The notes under the pieces were generated by a model. That model was given only the letters and a program-made list of their open reading frames with translations, made no database searches and was not told where the DNA came from. Positions 1-10,808 of a stretch of DNA of 64,000 bases are shown in pieces. Position 1 is the stretch's first letter; the number at the start of each line of letters is the position of its first letter. A program made the position numbers and the translations under genes. Source of the DNA: Nannocystis bainbridge (GTDB lineage: Bacteria > Myxococcota_A > Polyangia > Nannocystales > Nannocystaceae); contig NZ_JAQNDL010000001.1 of NCBI RefSeq assembly GCF_028368995.1, positions 4,192,001-4,256,000 on the forward strand, written 5' to 3'.

Positions 1-110
1 CGCAGATCGCCGAACAGGTCGGCTACGCCTCGGAGGCCGCCTTCAGCAAGGCCTTCAAGCGCCACGTCGGCGTCGGCCCGGGCGCTTTCCGCCGCGCGCC
101 GACCTCGTGA
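1..110 (+). CDS. AraC-family transcriptional regulator, C-terminal end (truncated by window edge)
   Basis: Frame from nt 3 reads QIAEQVGYASEAAFSKAFKRHVGVGPGAFRR-stop, the second HTH signature of AraC proteins; TGA at 108-110. Confidence 0.85.
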   Translation, partial: QIAEQVGYASEAAFSKAFKRHVGVGPGAFRRAPTS

Positions 111-121
111 AAAGGCCCTCA

Positions 122-290
122 GGACATGTCGCAAAGAACATGTCCTGAAGCACATCGACCGACTTTCATCGCCCGCAGGATCTACGACGGCGAGCTACCA
201 GGACCTGACCCGAGGGCCAGGTCGCTCGCTGTTCCTGTGACGCTCCGACGGACCTGTCCCGAGGGCCAGGGTGCCCTCGGTTCAGGTCCG
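122..290. repeat. 14-bp-phase GGACATGTCC-type clusters between convergent genes
   Basis: ggacatgtcgcaaa|gaacatgtcctgaa (122-149); ggacctgacccgag|ggccaggtcg (201-224); ggacctgtcccgag|ggccagg (250-270). Confidence 0.8.
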
Positions 291-300
291 TGCGCGCGGC

Positions 301-1047
301 CTAGCGGCGGCGGCGGAGGATGAAGCCGGCGCCGAGGGCCATGAGGACCATCGCGCCGTTCCAGGCGTTGCCGTCGGCGTCGACGGAGCAGCCCTTCTTC
401 TTCTCGACCGGGGGCGGGCCTTCGTTGGCGGAGTCAGGGGTGGAGGAGGAGCCGCCGCCGCCGCTGCCGTCGTTGCCGTCACCGCCGCCGAGGGAGTCGT
501 GCGCGTCCTGCTCGGCCGCGGCCTTGTCCTCGGCGCTCTCGTCCTCCTTGGGCGCCTCGGGCTTCTTGCCGCTCTTGATCAGCTTGATCTTGCCGGAGGC
601 GAGCGTGAGCTCCTTGCCCTTGGCGTTGACCTGCGTGACCTTGATGTCGTAGGTGCGGTTCTTGTTGAAGCCCTTGCGGCCGTCGAGCTCGAGCTCGCCG
701 TAGAACCACTTGTCGCCGGCGAAGTCGTTCTCGTCGTGGCGCCAGACGGACGATCTGTTGCCGTCGAGCTCCTGGAAGAACTCGACGTAGAGCGGGCCGG
801 GGGCCGGGTTCTCGAGCTTGGCGTGGACGTAGGCGATCCAGCGATCCTCGCCGGGGACTTCGTCGAGCGTGTCGACGACGGCCGACTTGCCCTTGGCGGT
901 GATCTTGCCGGTGCCGTCGATCTCGATCGGTGTGGCGCCGACCTTCACCTCGCCCGCGTAAGCCACGGTGCTGCTGAGCGCGGCCAGCGCGAACGCCGAG
1001 GGGAGCGTCAAGCGTCGAAGGAGGTAGTTGCGCGGTGTCTTGGTCAT
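301..1047 (-). CDS. Secreted protein with MYXO-CTERM sorting signal
   Basis: Signal peptide ending AYA; Gly/Ser linker; C-terminus KKKGCSV...hydrophobic helix...RRRR typical of MYXO-CTERM. Confidence 0.85.
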   Translation of the reverse strand: MTKTPRNYLLRRLTLPSAFALAALSSTVAYAGEVKVGATPIEIDGTGKITAKGKSAVVDTLDEVPGEDRWIAYVHAKLENPAPGPLYVEFFQELDGNRSSVWRHDENDFAGDKWFYGELELDGRKGFNKNRTYDIKVTQVNAKGKELTLASGKIKLIKSGKKPEAPKEDESAEDKAAAEQDAHDSLGGGDGNDGSGGGGSSSTPDSANEGPPPVEKKKGCSVDADGNAWNGAMVLMALGAGFILRRRR

Positions 1048-1154
1048 GGCGGTCGGCTCGCAGGGTAGCACAGCCCGCGACGGGGACTATGAACCCCAAG
1101 ATTCCGGCCCCTGCCCCGCGCGCCGGAGCGAAAGCACGTGCAAAACCCGCGCGC

Positions 1155-1457
1155 TCAGCCGGCCAGGGCCGTCGCCAGGGCGCCGCTGCGATCCATCGCC
1201 GCCAGCTCCGTGAAGCCGCCGATGCTCTGATTCTTGATGAAGATCTGCGGCACCGTGCGCCGGCCGGTGCTCTCGATCAGCCAGCCCCGCGCCTCGGGCA
1301 GGTCGGACACATCGACGGCGACGAACGCGATATCGCGCCGCCTCAGCAAGGACTCGGCCATGCGGCAGTACCCGCACGTATCGGTCACGTACAACACGAC
1401 ATCGACGCCGACTTGGTCCGGCGTCTTGAACTCAGTGATGGCCCCGGCGACTCCCAT
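1155..1457 (-). CDS. grxC: Glutaredoxin 3-like protein
   Basis: CGYC active site, TVPQIFI and GGFTEL glutaredoxin motifs. Confidence 0.9.
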   Translation of the reverse strand: MGVAGAITEFKTPDQVGVDVVLYVTDTCGYCRMAESLLRRRDIAFVAVDVSDLPEARGWLIESTGRRTVPQIFIKNQSIGGFTELAAMDRSGALATALAG

Positions 1458-1487
1458 GGCGGTTCTCGCCGAGGGTGTAGCAGAGAA

Positions 1488-2192
1488 TCAGTCCTCGGCG
1501 AGCAGGGCGAGGATCTCGTCGTCGAGCTTGTGCTGGTGCTCGCTGGCAAACTTGCCGACGATGACGTCGCGCCGCTGAGCGATGGGCGTGCCGGCGGTGA
1601 CGCCCTGCCCGCCGATGCCGCCGATCGGGCGCCGACCGACACGGCTCGGCCCGCGGCTCGGACGCGGCGGACCCTGACCCGCGGCGGACGCGGCCACCTG
1701 CGCTTGCGCCTCGGGGGCGGTGAACACGACGTGGCCGAGCGTGGGATCGAGGGTCGGGCCGGGCTCACCCGCGGCCAGCGGCGGACCCTGGGGCACGACC
1801 TCGCGCGGCTCGGGCGGCGGCCGGCGATCGGGGCGCTTGGCCGGGGCCTTCTCCTGCACCACCGGGGCCGCGACCTCGGGCTTGTTGGAGGCCTCGGGGT
1901 GGGCGCCGATGTACTTGACGATCCGCTCGTCGAACGACCCGCTGCGCAGCTGGCGGATCATCGACTTGTGCGAGTCCTGCATCGCCGCGACGATCACGGC
2001 GTCGAGGTTCTCGCTCTCCAACTTGTCGCGGTAGTCGACCTTGTTGGAGGCGATGATGGTGCCGTCGTAAAACACGTGCGTGAAGATGTGGGCCTTCTGG
2101 AGCCCCGAATCCTCGGTTTGCACGTGATAGAGCCGCCCCCGGTGCGGGATGTTATGGTTGTAACCGAGCTGGGGGGACTGGTTGGCCGCCAT
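1488..2192 (-). CDS. Conserved hypothetical protein (GYNHNI...YHVQTEDSG N-terminal domain, Pro-rich linker)
   Basis: Globular N-terminal domain resembling one recurrent in deltaproteobacterial hypothetical proteins; strong GC3 codon bias. Confidence 0.75.
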   Translation of the reverse strand: MAANQSPQLGYNHNIPHRGRLYHVQTEDSGLQKAHIFTHVFYDGTIIASNKVDYRDKLESENLDAVIVAAMQDSHKSMIRQLRSGSFDERIVKYIGAHPEASNKPEVAAPVVQEKAPAKRPDRRPPPEPREVVPQGPPLAAGEPGPTLDPTLGHVVFTAPEAQAQVAASAAGQGPPRPSRGPSRVGRRPIGGIGGQGVTAGTPIAQRRDVIVGKFASEHQHKLDDEILALLAED

Positions 2193-2357
2193 GGTGCTGC
2201 TCGCGGGAGCGTGCCGGACTAGGTTGCCGGCGTTTTACGCGCACCGCAAGCCCAACTGTACTTTGCGGGCGAGCCATTCCCATAAATGTCCCGCAACTAC
2301 GGCGGCGAGGGCTCCTGCTATGCTGCGGCACCCGACATCGTCGGGCCGCGAAGTCCC

Positions 2358-3305
2358 GTGTCTGCAGCCGTCGTTCAGCTCCCCTCCTCCCCTGCCGATT
2401 TGCTCGCACCGGCCGTCCAGGCCGGTCAAACGGGGGAGATCCCCGAACCAGCGCTCACCGCGCAGGTCGCCGCGTGCGCCGAAAAAGTGGCGGCGCTCGA
2501 GCCACGCGAGGTGTTCGAGCGCCTCAGCGAGGCGTTCTGCGGCCGCCACCCAGAGGTTGCGATGCAGTGGCTCCGCGACGCCGGACTGCTGGTCCACCTG
2601 CTGCCCGAGCTCGACGCGACGGTCGCGTTCTCGCAGGAGGGCGGGCGCCGGCACAAGGATGTCTGGGAGCACACGAAGGCGGTGGTGCGCCAGTCGGTGC
2701 CGCGCCCGGCCGTGCGCTGGGCCGCGGTGCTGCACGACATCGGCAAGGTCACGACGCGCCGCTTCGTCGGCCCGGGCAAGGTCACCTTCCACGGCCACGC
2801 GGAGGAGGGCGTTCGCATGTTCCGCCGCGGCCCGGCTCGCCGGATCGGCTTCCCGCCCGAGCTGCGCGAGCAAGTCGAGCTGCTCATCCTGCATCACCTG
2901 CGTCCGGGCCAGTACGACGACGGCTGGACCGACGCGGCGGTGCGGCGCTTCGCCCACGAGATGGGCCCGCTGCTGACCGACCTGCTCGACCTGTCGCGCG
3001 CCGACGTGACCAGCAAGCGGCCCGGCAAGCGCCAGCGCTGCCTGTTCTCCATCAGCGAGCTGAGTCGAAGGATCCGCGAGATCGCGGCCCTCGACGCCCG
3101 CGTGCCCCCGCTGCCCTCGGGCGTGGGCGACGTGCTGATCCGCGAGCTCGGCCTGGCCCCCGGCAAGATCATCGGCCTGCTGCGCAACCGGCTGTCGGCG
3201 ATGTGCGAGGCCGGCGAGATCGAGGCCGGACAGGCCGCCGAGTACTATGTGCAGATCGTACGCGAGCGCGGGCTGCTGACCGAGCTCGCGGGGCCGGCAA
3301 CGTAG
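2358..3305 (+). CDS. HD-domain protein related to the body/tail of CCA-adding enzyme/poly(A) polymerase
   Basis: GLLVHLLPEL, HKDVWEHT, LHDIGK, FHGHAEEG, HHLRP motifs; GTG 2358 chosen, ATG 2286 alternative. Confidence 0.8.
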   Translation: MSAAVVQLPSSPADLLAPAVQAGQTGEIPEPALTAQVAACAEKVAALEPREVFERLSEAFCGRHPEVAMQWLRDAGLLVHLLPELDATVAFSQEGGRRHKDVWEHTKAVVRQSVPRPAVRWAAVLHDIGKVTTRRFVGPGKVTFHGHAEEGVRMFRRGPARRIGFPPELREQVELLILHHLRPGQYDDGWTDAAVRRFAHEMGPLLTDLLDLSRADVTSKRPGKRQRCLFSISELSRRIREIAALDARVPPLPSGVGDVLIRELGLAPGKIIGLLRNRLSAMCEAGEIEAGQAAEYYVQIVRERGLLTELAGPAT

Positions 3306-3516
3306 GCTGTCCTTCGGGGCAGCACAGGCTGCTGGGCGCGCAGTGCCGGCTGTCCTTCGGGACAGCATCGCAGGACTGAGCGAGCTCGCGGGGCCGGCTG
3401 TCCTTCGGGACAGCATCACAGGGCCGCTGGCGAGCTGTCCCGCAGGACAGCTTCGTTCTCACGGGCGGCCGGCCTTTGGGGCGAGCCGCGCTCAGGCGAT
3501 GTCCCGCGGGACAGCT
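3281..3516. repeat. Duplicated gene-end block with TGTCC-N4-GGACA hairpins
   Basis: gagctcgcggggccggc twice; gctgtccttcggg(g/a)cagca three times; agctgtcccgcaggacagct; atgtcccgcgggacag. Confidence 0.8.
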
Positions 3517-3528
3517 CGGCTCGCCGGC

Positions 3529-3879
3529 TCAGCTCTTCTTGCCGTCTTCGGCCTTCGCGTCGGCCGGAGCGGCGCCGCCGGCCGCCGGGGCGCCGTCGAC
3601 CGGGATCGCCTTGCCGTCGGCCGCCTTCTCGTGGTCGTGCTTCTCGCCGCCGCACTTGCCCTCGCCGCACTTGCCCTCGCCGCACTTGCCCTCGCCCGAC
3701 TTGGCGTCGACCGGCTTGGCGTCGACCGGCTTGGCGTCGACCGGCTTCACGTCGGCGGGCGTCGGGTCGGCCGCCTTGACGGGGGCGGCTTCCTTGGCGT
3801 CCTTCTTGGCCTCGCCGTCGCACCCGCCCGCGCCGAGTCCGAGGAGAGCGAGGGTGGCGGTGATCGTCTTCAGGTCCAT
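3529..3879 (-). CDS. Small lipoprotein with (GEGKC)x3 and (KPVDA)x3 repeats; HvfA-like RiPP precursor candidate
   Basis: Lipobox-like LGAGGC; SGEGKCGEGKCGEGKCGG followed by HDH. Confidence 0.75.
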   Translation of the reverse strand: MDLKTITATLALLGLGAGGCDGEAKKDAKEAAPVKAADPTPADVKPVDAKPVDAKPVDAKSGEGKCGEGKCGEGKCGGEKHDHEKAADGKAIPVDGAPAAGGAAPADAKAEDGKKS

Positions 3880-3970
3880 CAGTCTTTCGTCCTTGCTCGC
3901 AGGGTACCAGCCGCCGCGCGGGATGACGACGCTGGCCGTCGCCCAGCGGGCTCAGGCGGCGAAAGCCGCC

Positions 3971-4870
3971 TCAAAGCGCGCCAGGGTCGGCCCACGGCGG
4001 CAGCTCGGCGCGCACGTCGACGGCGACGCCCGTCATCGGATGCGTGAACGCGAGCCGCACGCAGGCCAGCTCGAGCACCTCACCGGCGCCCGCGCGCCCG
4101 ACGACCGACAGCCCCAGCGCCTGCGCGTGCAGCGAGATCTGCTCGGTCGGCGCCCGGCGCAGCTCGACCTCGACCAGCGTCGCGCCGTCCCGCTCGGCCA
4201 GCCGCCGGAACTCGGTGCGCGCCGGCACCGCCTCGCGCTCGTCGGGGCGCGCGAGGCGGACCGCGCCGGTCGCCTTGATCAGGGGTGTCTCACAGACCAT
4301 GTCCCCGGGGACATGTCCTGAAAGCCTGGCTCGGTAGACGCGCAGCGCGTCGAGCTCGGCGAACTTCGGCAGGAAGCTGGAAGTGTCCTGGCCGCGGAAG
4401 GTGAACAGCGCCAGGCCGGCGGCCGCCGGGTCGAGGGCGTGGACGAGGCCGACGTAGGGCCGCAGGACGCCCTCGCGCGCGAGCCGCTGGACCAGCGCCG
4501 GGCTGACCGCGCCGCGGCTGCCCTCGCGGGTGGCCGCCGCCGGCACGCCGTGTGGCTTGTCGACGATGACGCAGTGGGCGTCGCGGTGCACGACGACCAG
4601 GCTGTCGGGGGCGAGCGGCGCGACGCTGGACGCGCCGCGGTAGATCGTGACCCGCTCACCCTCGCGCACGCGCAGGGTCGGGATGCAGCTGCGCACGGTG
4701 CCGATGTAGACGCCGCCGGCGCGGATGAGCTCGGACGCCGGCGCGACCCCGAGGCCGAGCCGGCGCCCGAGCAGCTGGCGCAGGGTCATGCCGTCCTCCA
4801 TCGAGATCACGCGCACGCGCACGCGGGCCTCCGCGGCCTCGGGCTGGCTCGGCTGGTCGGCGCTGCTCAT
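3971..4870 (-). CDS. RluA/RluD-family pseudouridine synthase-like protein with S4 domain, degenerate
   Basis: S4-like N-terminus; IVDKPHG motif I; VHALDPAAAGL in place of HRLD; APTEQISLH in place of GRTHQIR. Confidence 0.75.
   Translation of the reverse strand: MSSADQPSQPEAAEARVRVRVISMEDGMTLRQLLGRRLGLGVAPASELIRAGGVYIGTVRSCIPTLRVREGERVTIYRGASSVAPLAPDSLVVVHRDAHCVIVDKPHGVPAAATREGSRGAVSPALVQRLAREGVLRPYVGLVHALDPAAAGLALFTFRGQDTSSFLPKFAELDALRVYRARLSGHVPGDMVCETPLIKATGAVRLARPDEREAVPARTEFRRLAERDGATLVEVELRRAPTEQISLHAQALGLSVVGRAGAGEVLELACVRLAFTHPMTGVAVDVRAELPPWADPGAL
4281..4322. repeat. In-frame 14-bp-phase cluster (3 units) inside RluA-like gene
   Basis: aggggtgtctcaca|gaccatgtccccgg|ggacatgtcctgaa; encodes SGHVPGDMVCETP. 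Confidence 0.8.
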
Positions 4871-4872
4871 AC

Positions 4873-5018
4873 GGACCTGCTCATCGGGACATGCTCGCTA
4901 CGCCATGCCCTGCGGGACATGCCCGATGGGACATGCCCTTCGGGACATAGACCGCGCGACGACCATGGAAGCTTCGGGTCATGCTCGGGGCGACACGGCC
5001 TGGGGGACATACGATCAC
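4873..5018. repeat. Longest 14-bp-phase array (6 + 3 units)
   Basis: Units start at 4873, 4887, 4901, 4915, 4929, 4943, then 4977, 4991, 5005 (ggacctgctc, ggacatgctc, cgccatgccc, ggacatgccc, ggacatgccc, ggacatagac...). Confidence 0.9.
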
Positions 5019-5983
5019 GAACGCTTGAGGCGCAGCTCGGCGGCCAGCTCGCGCAGCTCGGCCGCGGTGACGTGGTAGCGCTCGCCGCAGTACGAGCAGC
5101 GGACCTCGGTGATCTCGCGCTCGCCGGCGAGGGCCTCGACGTCGTCGGCGCCGAGCATGGCGACGATGTCGCGGGCCACCGCCGGGCCGCAGTTGCAGCG
5201 GAACGCCAGCGGGGTCTCGCCGACGACCTCGAACGGGCCGTCCGCGAGGGCGAGGCGCAGCAGGTCGGCCGGCTCGCGCGGCAGCATCAGCAGCGACGCC
5301 AGGGCCTCGCCGCCCACCCGCTGGCGCAGGGGGGCCAGCACCTCGCCGTCGCTGCCGGGCAGGGTCTGGACCAGCAGGCCGCCGGCCCGCAGCACGTCGC
5401 CGTTGGCGTCGAGCAGCACCTCGCAGCGCAGCAGCGACGGCACCTGCTCGCTGGCGTTGAGGTAGTGCTCGAGGTCGACGTCGACCTCGCCGGCCACCAG
5501 CTCGACGGTGCCCTGGTAGCGAGAATCTGTCCCTGCGGACATGTCAAAATCGCGGGTCACGGTGAGCACGCCGCGCCGGCCGAGGAACGGCGACAGCGGC
5601 AGGCGACCCGACGCGCGCTCGAGCGTGGCCCGCAGCGGCGTGTCGCCGAAGCCGCGGCGCAGGCAGCCGCGCACCGTGCCGTCGCCGTGGGCGTCGAGCA
5701 GGAACCCGCCGGCCTCGCCCTCGCCGCCGCCCGGGCCGCGCGAGTCCAGGACGCTGCGCGCGTCGACCCGCAGGCGCTCGACCGGCGACTTCGTCAGCGT
5801 CGTCAGCAGGCACCCGGCCGTCAGCGCCCGCCCGAGCGCGATCGCCTCGAGCCCGCGGATGCCGTGGCGCCGGCACGACTCCTGGACCAGGTCGGTGGTG
5901 ACGGCCGCGAGCGCGCGCATCGCCGCCTGTTCGGGCGAGGCGGAGTCGGGCGCAGCGGCGATGGCGCGGAGGAGCACGTCCAC
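5015..5983 (-). CDS. hslO: Hsp33 redox-regulated chaperone
   Basis: ALGRALTA, YQGTVEL, YLNASEQVPS, AGGLLVQTLPG; C-terminal CNC...CSYC zinc motif. Confidence 0.9.
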   Translation of the reverse strand: MDVLLRAIAAAPDSASPEQAAMRALAAVTTDLVQESCRRHGIRGLEAIALGRALTAGCLLTTLTKSPVERLRVDARSVLDSRGPGGGEGEAGGFLLDAHGDGTVRGCLRRGFGDTPLRATLERASGRLPLSPFLGRRGVLTVTRDFDMSAGTDSRYQGTVELVAGEVDVDLEHYLNASEQVPSLLRCEVLLDANGDVLRAGGLLVQTLPGSDGEVLAPLRQRVGGEALASLLMLPREPADLLRLALADGPFEVVGETPLAFRCNCGPAVARDIVAMLGADDVEALAGEREITEVRCSYCGERYHVTAAELRELAAELRLKRS

Positions 5984-6004
5984 GGCGAGAGGGTAGCGCG
6001 CCGC

Positions 6005-7234
6005 TCAGGGCAGGTCGATCAGGTTGAGGCGCACGCTGGTGGTGGCGCCGCCGCGGACCAGCTTGACCTCGACCTCGTCGCCGACCTTGTAGCGGTCGAG
6101 GGCGTTGTAGAGGTCGTCGTAGTTCTTCACCTTGTGATCGTTGATGCCGACGATGATGTCGCCGAGCAAGATCTCGCCGGTGCGGTCCTGCGACAGCCCG
6201 CGGATGCCCGCCTTGGCGGCGGGGCCGCCGGTGACCGTGCGGGTGATGACGACGCCCTTGACGCCGACGCGCGCGGCGTAGGCGTCGGGTAGCGGCTCGA
6301 TGCCGAGGCCCGGGTGCTCGACGCGGCCCTTGTCGATGATCTGCGGGACCACCCGGCGCACCGTCGCCACCGGCACCGCGAACCCGATGCCGGCGCTGCT
6401 GCCGGTCTTGCTGAAGATCATCGTGTTCATGCCGATGAGGTGCGCGCCGCTGTCGAGCAGCGGGCCGCCGGAGTTGCCGGGGTTGATCGAGGCGTCGGTC
6501 TGGATCATGTCGCGGATGGTGACGCCGCCGTAACCCTGGACCTCGCGGCCGATCGCCGAGACCACGCCGGTGGTGAGCGTGTGGTCGAGGCCGAACGGGT
6601 TGCCGATGGCGACCGCGGTCTGACCGACCTCGAGCGGGCCGCCCTGCGGCAGCACGCGGATCGGCGTCAGCGGCTCGTCGCAGTTGATCAGCTTGAGCAC
6701 GGCGATGTCCTTGTTGGGATCGCCGCCGAGCAGCTGGGCGTCGTAGGTCTTCTGGCTGTAGAGCGTGACGCTGTAGGTGCCGCGCGCGCGGCCGGCGTCG
6801 ACGACGTGGTAGTTGGTGACGATGTGGCCCTGCGTGTCCCAGACGAAGCCGGTGCCCGAGCCGGCGGGGACCTCGAGCGCGCGCATCGAGTAGTCGCGGA
6901 CCAGCCGCTTCTGCGTCACGAACACGGTCGCGGGCGCGGCGGCGCGGAACACGTCGATGACGTTCTGCTCGGCTTCGAGGCGCGCGGCGGGCGACGGGGC
7001 CTTGACCTCCGGCGTCGCGTGCGACTGCGCCGGTGCGGCTGCGAGCCCCGTCAGCGTCGCGTGCGCGCCCACGTCGGGGGCGATCTCTCGCGGCGCGGAG
7101 GCGGTCACAGCCACCGTCTCGGTCTGGGGCGACGGCGGCGCTGCAGCTTGGCACTCGGTCATGCCCGGCAACACCGTGAGGCAGCCGAGGAGGACCAGGG
7201 ACGAAGACAGCAAAGTTCGGCGGGAGGCGGCCAT
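6005..7234 (-). CDS. HtrA/DegP-like S1C serine protease with one PDZ domain
   Basis: GSGTGF, VTNYHVV, DIAVLK, IQTDASINPGNSGGPL; C-terminal PDZ; N-terminal signal. Confidence 0.92.
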   Translation of the reverse strand: MAASRRTLLSSSLVLLGCLTVLPGMTECQAAAPPSPQTETVAVTASAPREIAPDVGAHATLTGLAAAPAQSHATPEVKAPSPAARLEAEQNVIDVFRAAAPATVFVTQKRLVRDYSMRALEVPAGSGTGFVWDTQGHIVTNYHVVDAGRARGTYSVTLYSQKTYDAQLLGGDPNKDIAVLKLINCDEPLTPIRVLPQGGPLEVGQTAVAIGNPFGLDHTLTTGVVSAIGREVQGYGGVTIRDMIQTDASINPGNSGGPLLDSGAHLIGMNTMIFSKTGSSAGIGFAVPVATVRRVVPQIIDKGRVEHPGLGIEPLPDAYAARVGVKGVVITRTVTGGPAAKAGIRGLSQDRTGEILLGDIIVGINDHKVKNYDDLYNALDRYKVGDEVEVKLVRGGATTSVRLNLIDLP

Positions 7235-7373
7235 GGCTGGGCTCTGTTTTAGGCGCCCGGCCGGCGTCCGCAAGGGCCCGCTGCACCCGCTGACCGCCGC
7301 GAGGCTGCATTTATGTGCAGGCCGAAGCCGCGCAGGCGGGGTTTCGCCCGCGCCGTGATATACCTTGCCGACC

Positions 7374-9257
<1,884 letters not shown>

Positions 9258-9310
9258 CTCGCGGTGCAGGCGCGCGCAGGCGCGCCCAGGCGTGTGTTAG
9301 GCTGCCGGCC

Positions 9311-10801
9311 ATGTCTTGGCAGAACTTCGTCCGCCTCACCCTTCTCCCTTGCGTCACGCTGCTCGCGTGCGGTGACGACGGCAACGCCACCGACTCGACC
9401 GCCTCGACGTCCGCCGGCCCCACCACCGACGGCACCGGCACCACCGACACCACGGCGACGACGGGCACGAGCACCGACGGCACCTCGACCACGGTCACGC
9501 CGACCACCGCCGGGCCGACCACCGAGACCCCGCCGACCTCGACGACCGTCGACGACCCGACCACCGACGGCACCTCGACGACCACCGGCGAGCCCGTGTG
9601 TCCCTACACGCCGGTCGCCGGTCGCCCCGGCTTCACGCTCGAGGTCGTCGCCAACGGCTTCGACCGCCCGCTGATGGTCCGCGCCGACCCCCGCGACCCC
9701 GCGCGCCTGTTCGTGCTCGAGCAGGGCGGTCGCATCAAGATCCTCGAGCCCGGCGAGACTTCCGCGCCGGACGCCAACTTCCTCGACATCGACGTCAAGA
9801 ACAAGAACCCGAGCCAGATCGGCCCCGAGCAGGGCCTGCTCGGCTTCGATTTCCACCCCAACTTCCCCGACGACCCGCGGATCTACGTCAACTACAACCC
9901 GGGCATGTGGCAGGGCCCCGGGCCGACCTACGTGTCCGAGTTCAAGCTCGACGCCAACGACCCCGACAAGGTCGACCCGGCGTCCGAGCGGATCGTCATC
10001 GCCATCTCGCAGCCGGCCAGCAACCACAACGGCGGCATGATCGAGTTCGGTCCCGACGGCATGCTCTACATCGGCATGGGCGACGGCGGCGGCGGCGACG
10101 ACCAGTTCGACACCGGTCGCGACAAGCTGTCGCTGCACGCCAAGATCCTGCGCATCGACGTCGAGCCCGACGGCACGCCCGACATGAACGAGCCGTGCGG
10201 CCAGTGCGAGCTGCTCGACGGCTTCGACTACACGATCCCGGCCGACAACCCGTTCGTGAACGACCCCGAGTTCGCGCCGGAGGTCTACGCGTGGGGCTTC
10301 CGCAACCCGTGGCGCTTCAACTTCGACGAGGACGGCACGCTCTACGCCGCCGATGTCGGCCAGAACCAGTGGGAGGAGGTCAGCGTGGTCGCCGGCGGCG
10401 CCGACTACGGCTGGAGCCTGATGGAGGGCAACCACTGCTTCAACGGCGGCTGTGACGACGGCAAGGGCGTCAACGAGGTCAACGACCAGGGCATGACCAC
10501 CCCGATCGCCGAGTACAACCACGGCGAGGGTTGCTCGATCACCGGCGGCACCGTCTATCGCAGCTGCGAAGTGCCCGAGTGGGACGGCACTTACTTCTAC
10601 GGCGACTACTGCTCCGGCGGCATCTACGGCCTCAACTGGGACGGCACCGCCGTCGAGCTGCTCGGCATGGTCGCCAGCCAGGAGGACCGCGTGCTCGGCT
10701 CGGGCAGCAACGGCTTCGGCGACGTGCTGTTCACGGTCGTCGAGCTCGACGCGTTCAACGCCCCCGTCGACGGCAAGATCCTGCGGGTCGCCCCGCAGTG
10801 A
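9311..10801 (+). CDS. PQQ-dependent sugar dehydrogenase (GSDH family) lipoprotein
   Basis: Lipobox LLAC, Thr-rich linker, EQGLLG, NHNGG, LYIGMGDGG, GFRNPWR, DVGQNQWEEV. Confidence 0.9.
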   Translation: MSWQNFVRLTLLPCVTLLACGDDGNATDSTASTSAGPTTDGTGTTDTTATTGTSTDGTSTTVTPTTAGPTTETPPTSTTVDDPTTDGTSTTTGEPVCPYTPVAGRPGFTLEVVANGFDRPLMVRADPRDPARLFVLEQGGRIKILEPGETSAPDANFLDIDVKNKNPSQIGPEQGLLGFDFHPNFPDDPRIYVNYNPGMWQGPGPTYVSEFKLDANDPDKVDPASERIVIAISQPASNHNGGMIEFGPDGMLYIGMGDGGGGDDQFDTGRDKLSLHAKILRIDVEPDGTPDMNEPCGQCELLDGFDYTIPADNPFVNDPEFAPEVYAWGFRNPWRFNFDEDGTLYAADVGQNQWEEVSVVAGGADYGWSLMEGNHCFNGGCDDGKGVNEVNDQGMTTPIAEYNHGEGCSITGGTVYRSCEVPEWDGTYFYGDYCSGGIYGLNWDGTAVELLGMVASQEDRVLGSGSNGFGDVLFTVVELDAFNAPVDGKILRVAPQ

Positions 10802-10808
10802 ACCCGCA

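Noticed and set aside
2270-2310. cccgcaact as part of a cobalamin riboswitch; also searched upstream of nrdJ
   Set aside because: The other conserved elements (GGGAA..GGTG..AATCC, B12 box) were not found
4309-4318. Match of GGACATGTCC to the eukaryotic p53 half-site RRRCWWGYYY
   Set aside because: Coincidental; the context is clearly bacterial
4873-5018. Phased arrays as a CRISPR array
   Set aside because: Units are 10 bp with 4-bp spacers, degenerate and dispersed; there are no 25-40 bp repeats with unique spacers and no cas genes
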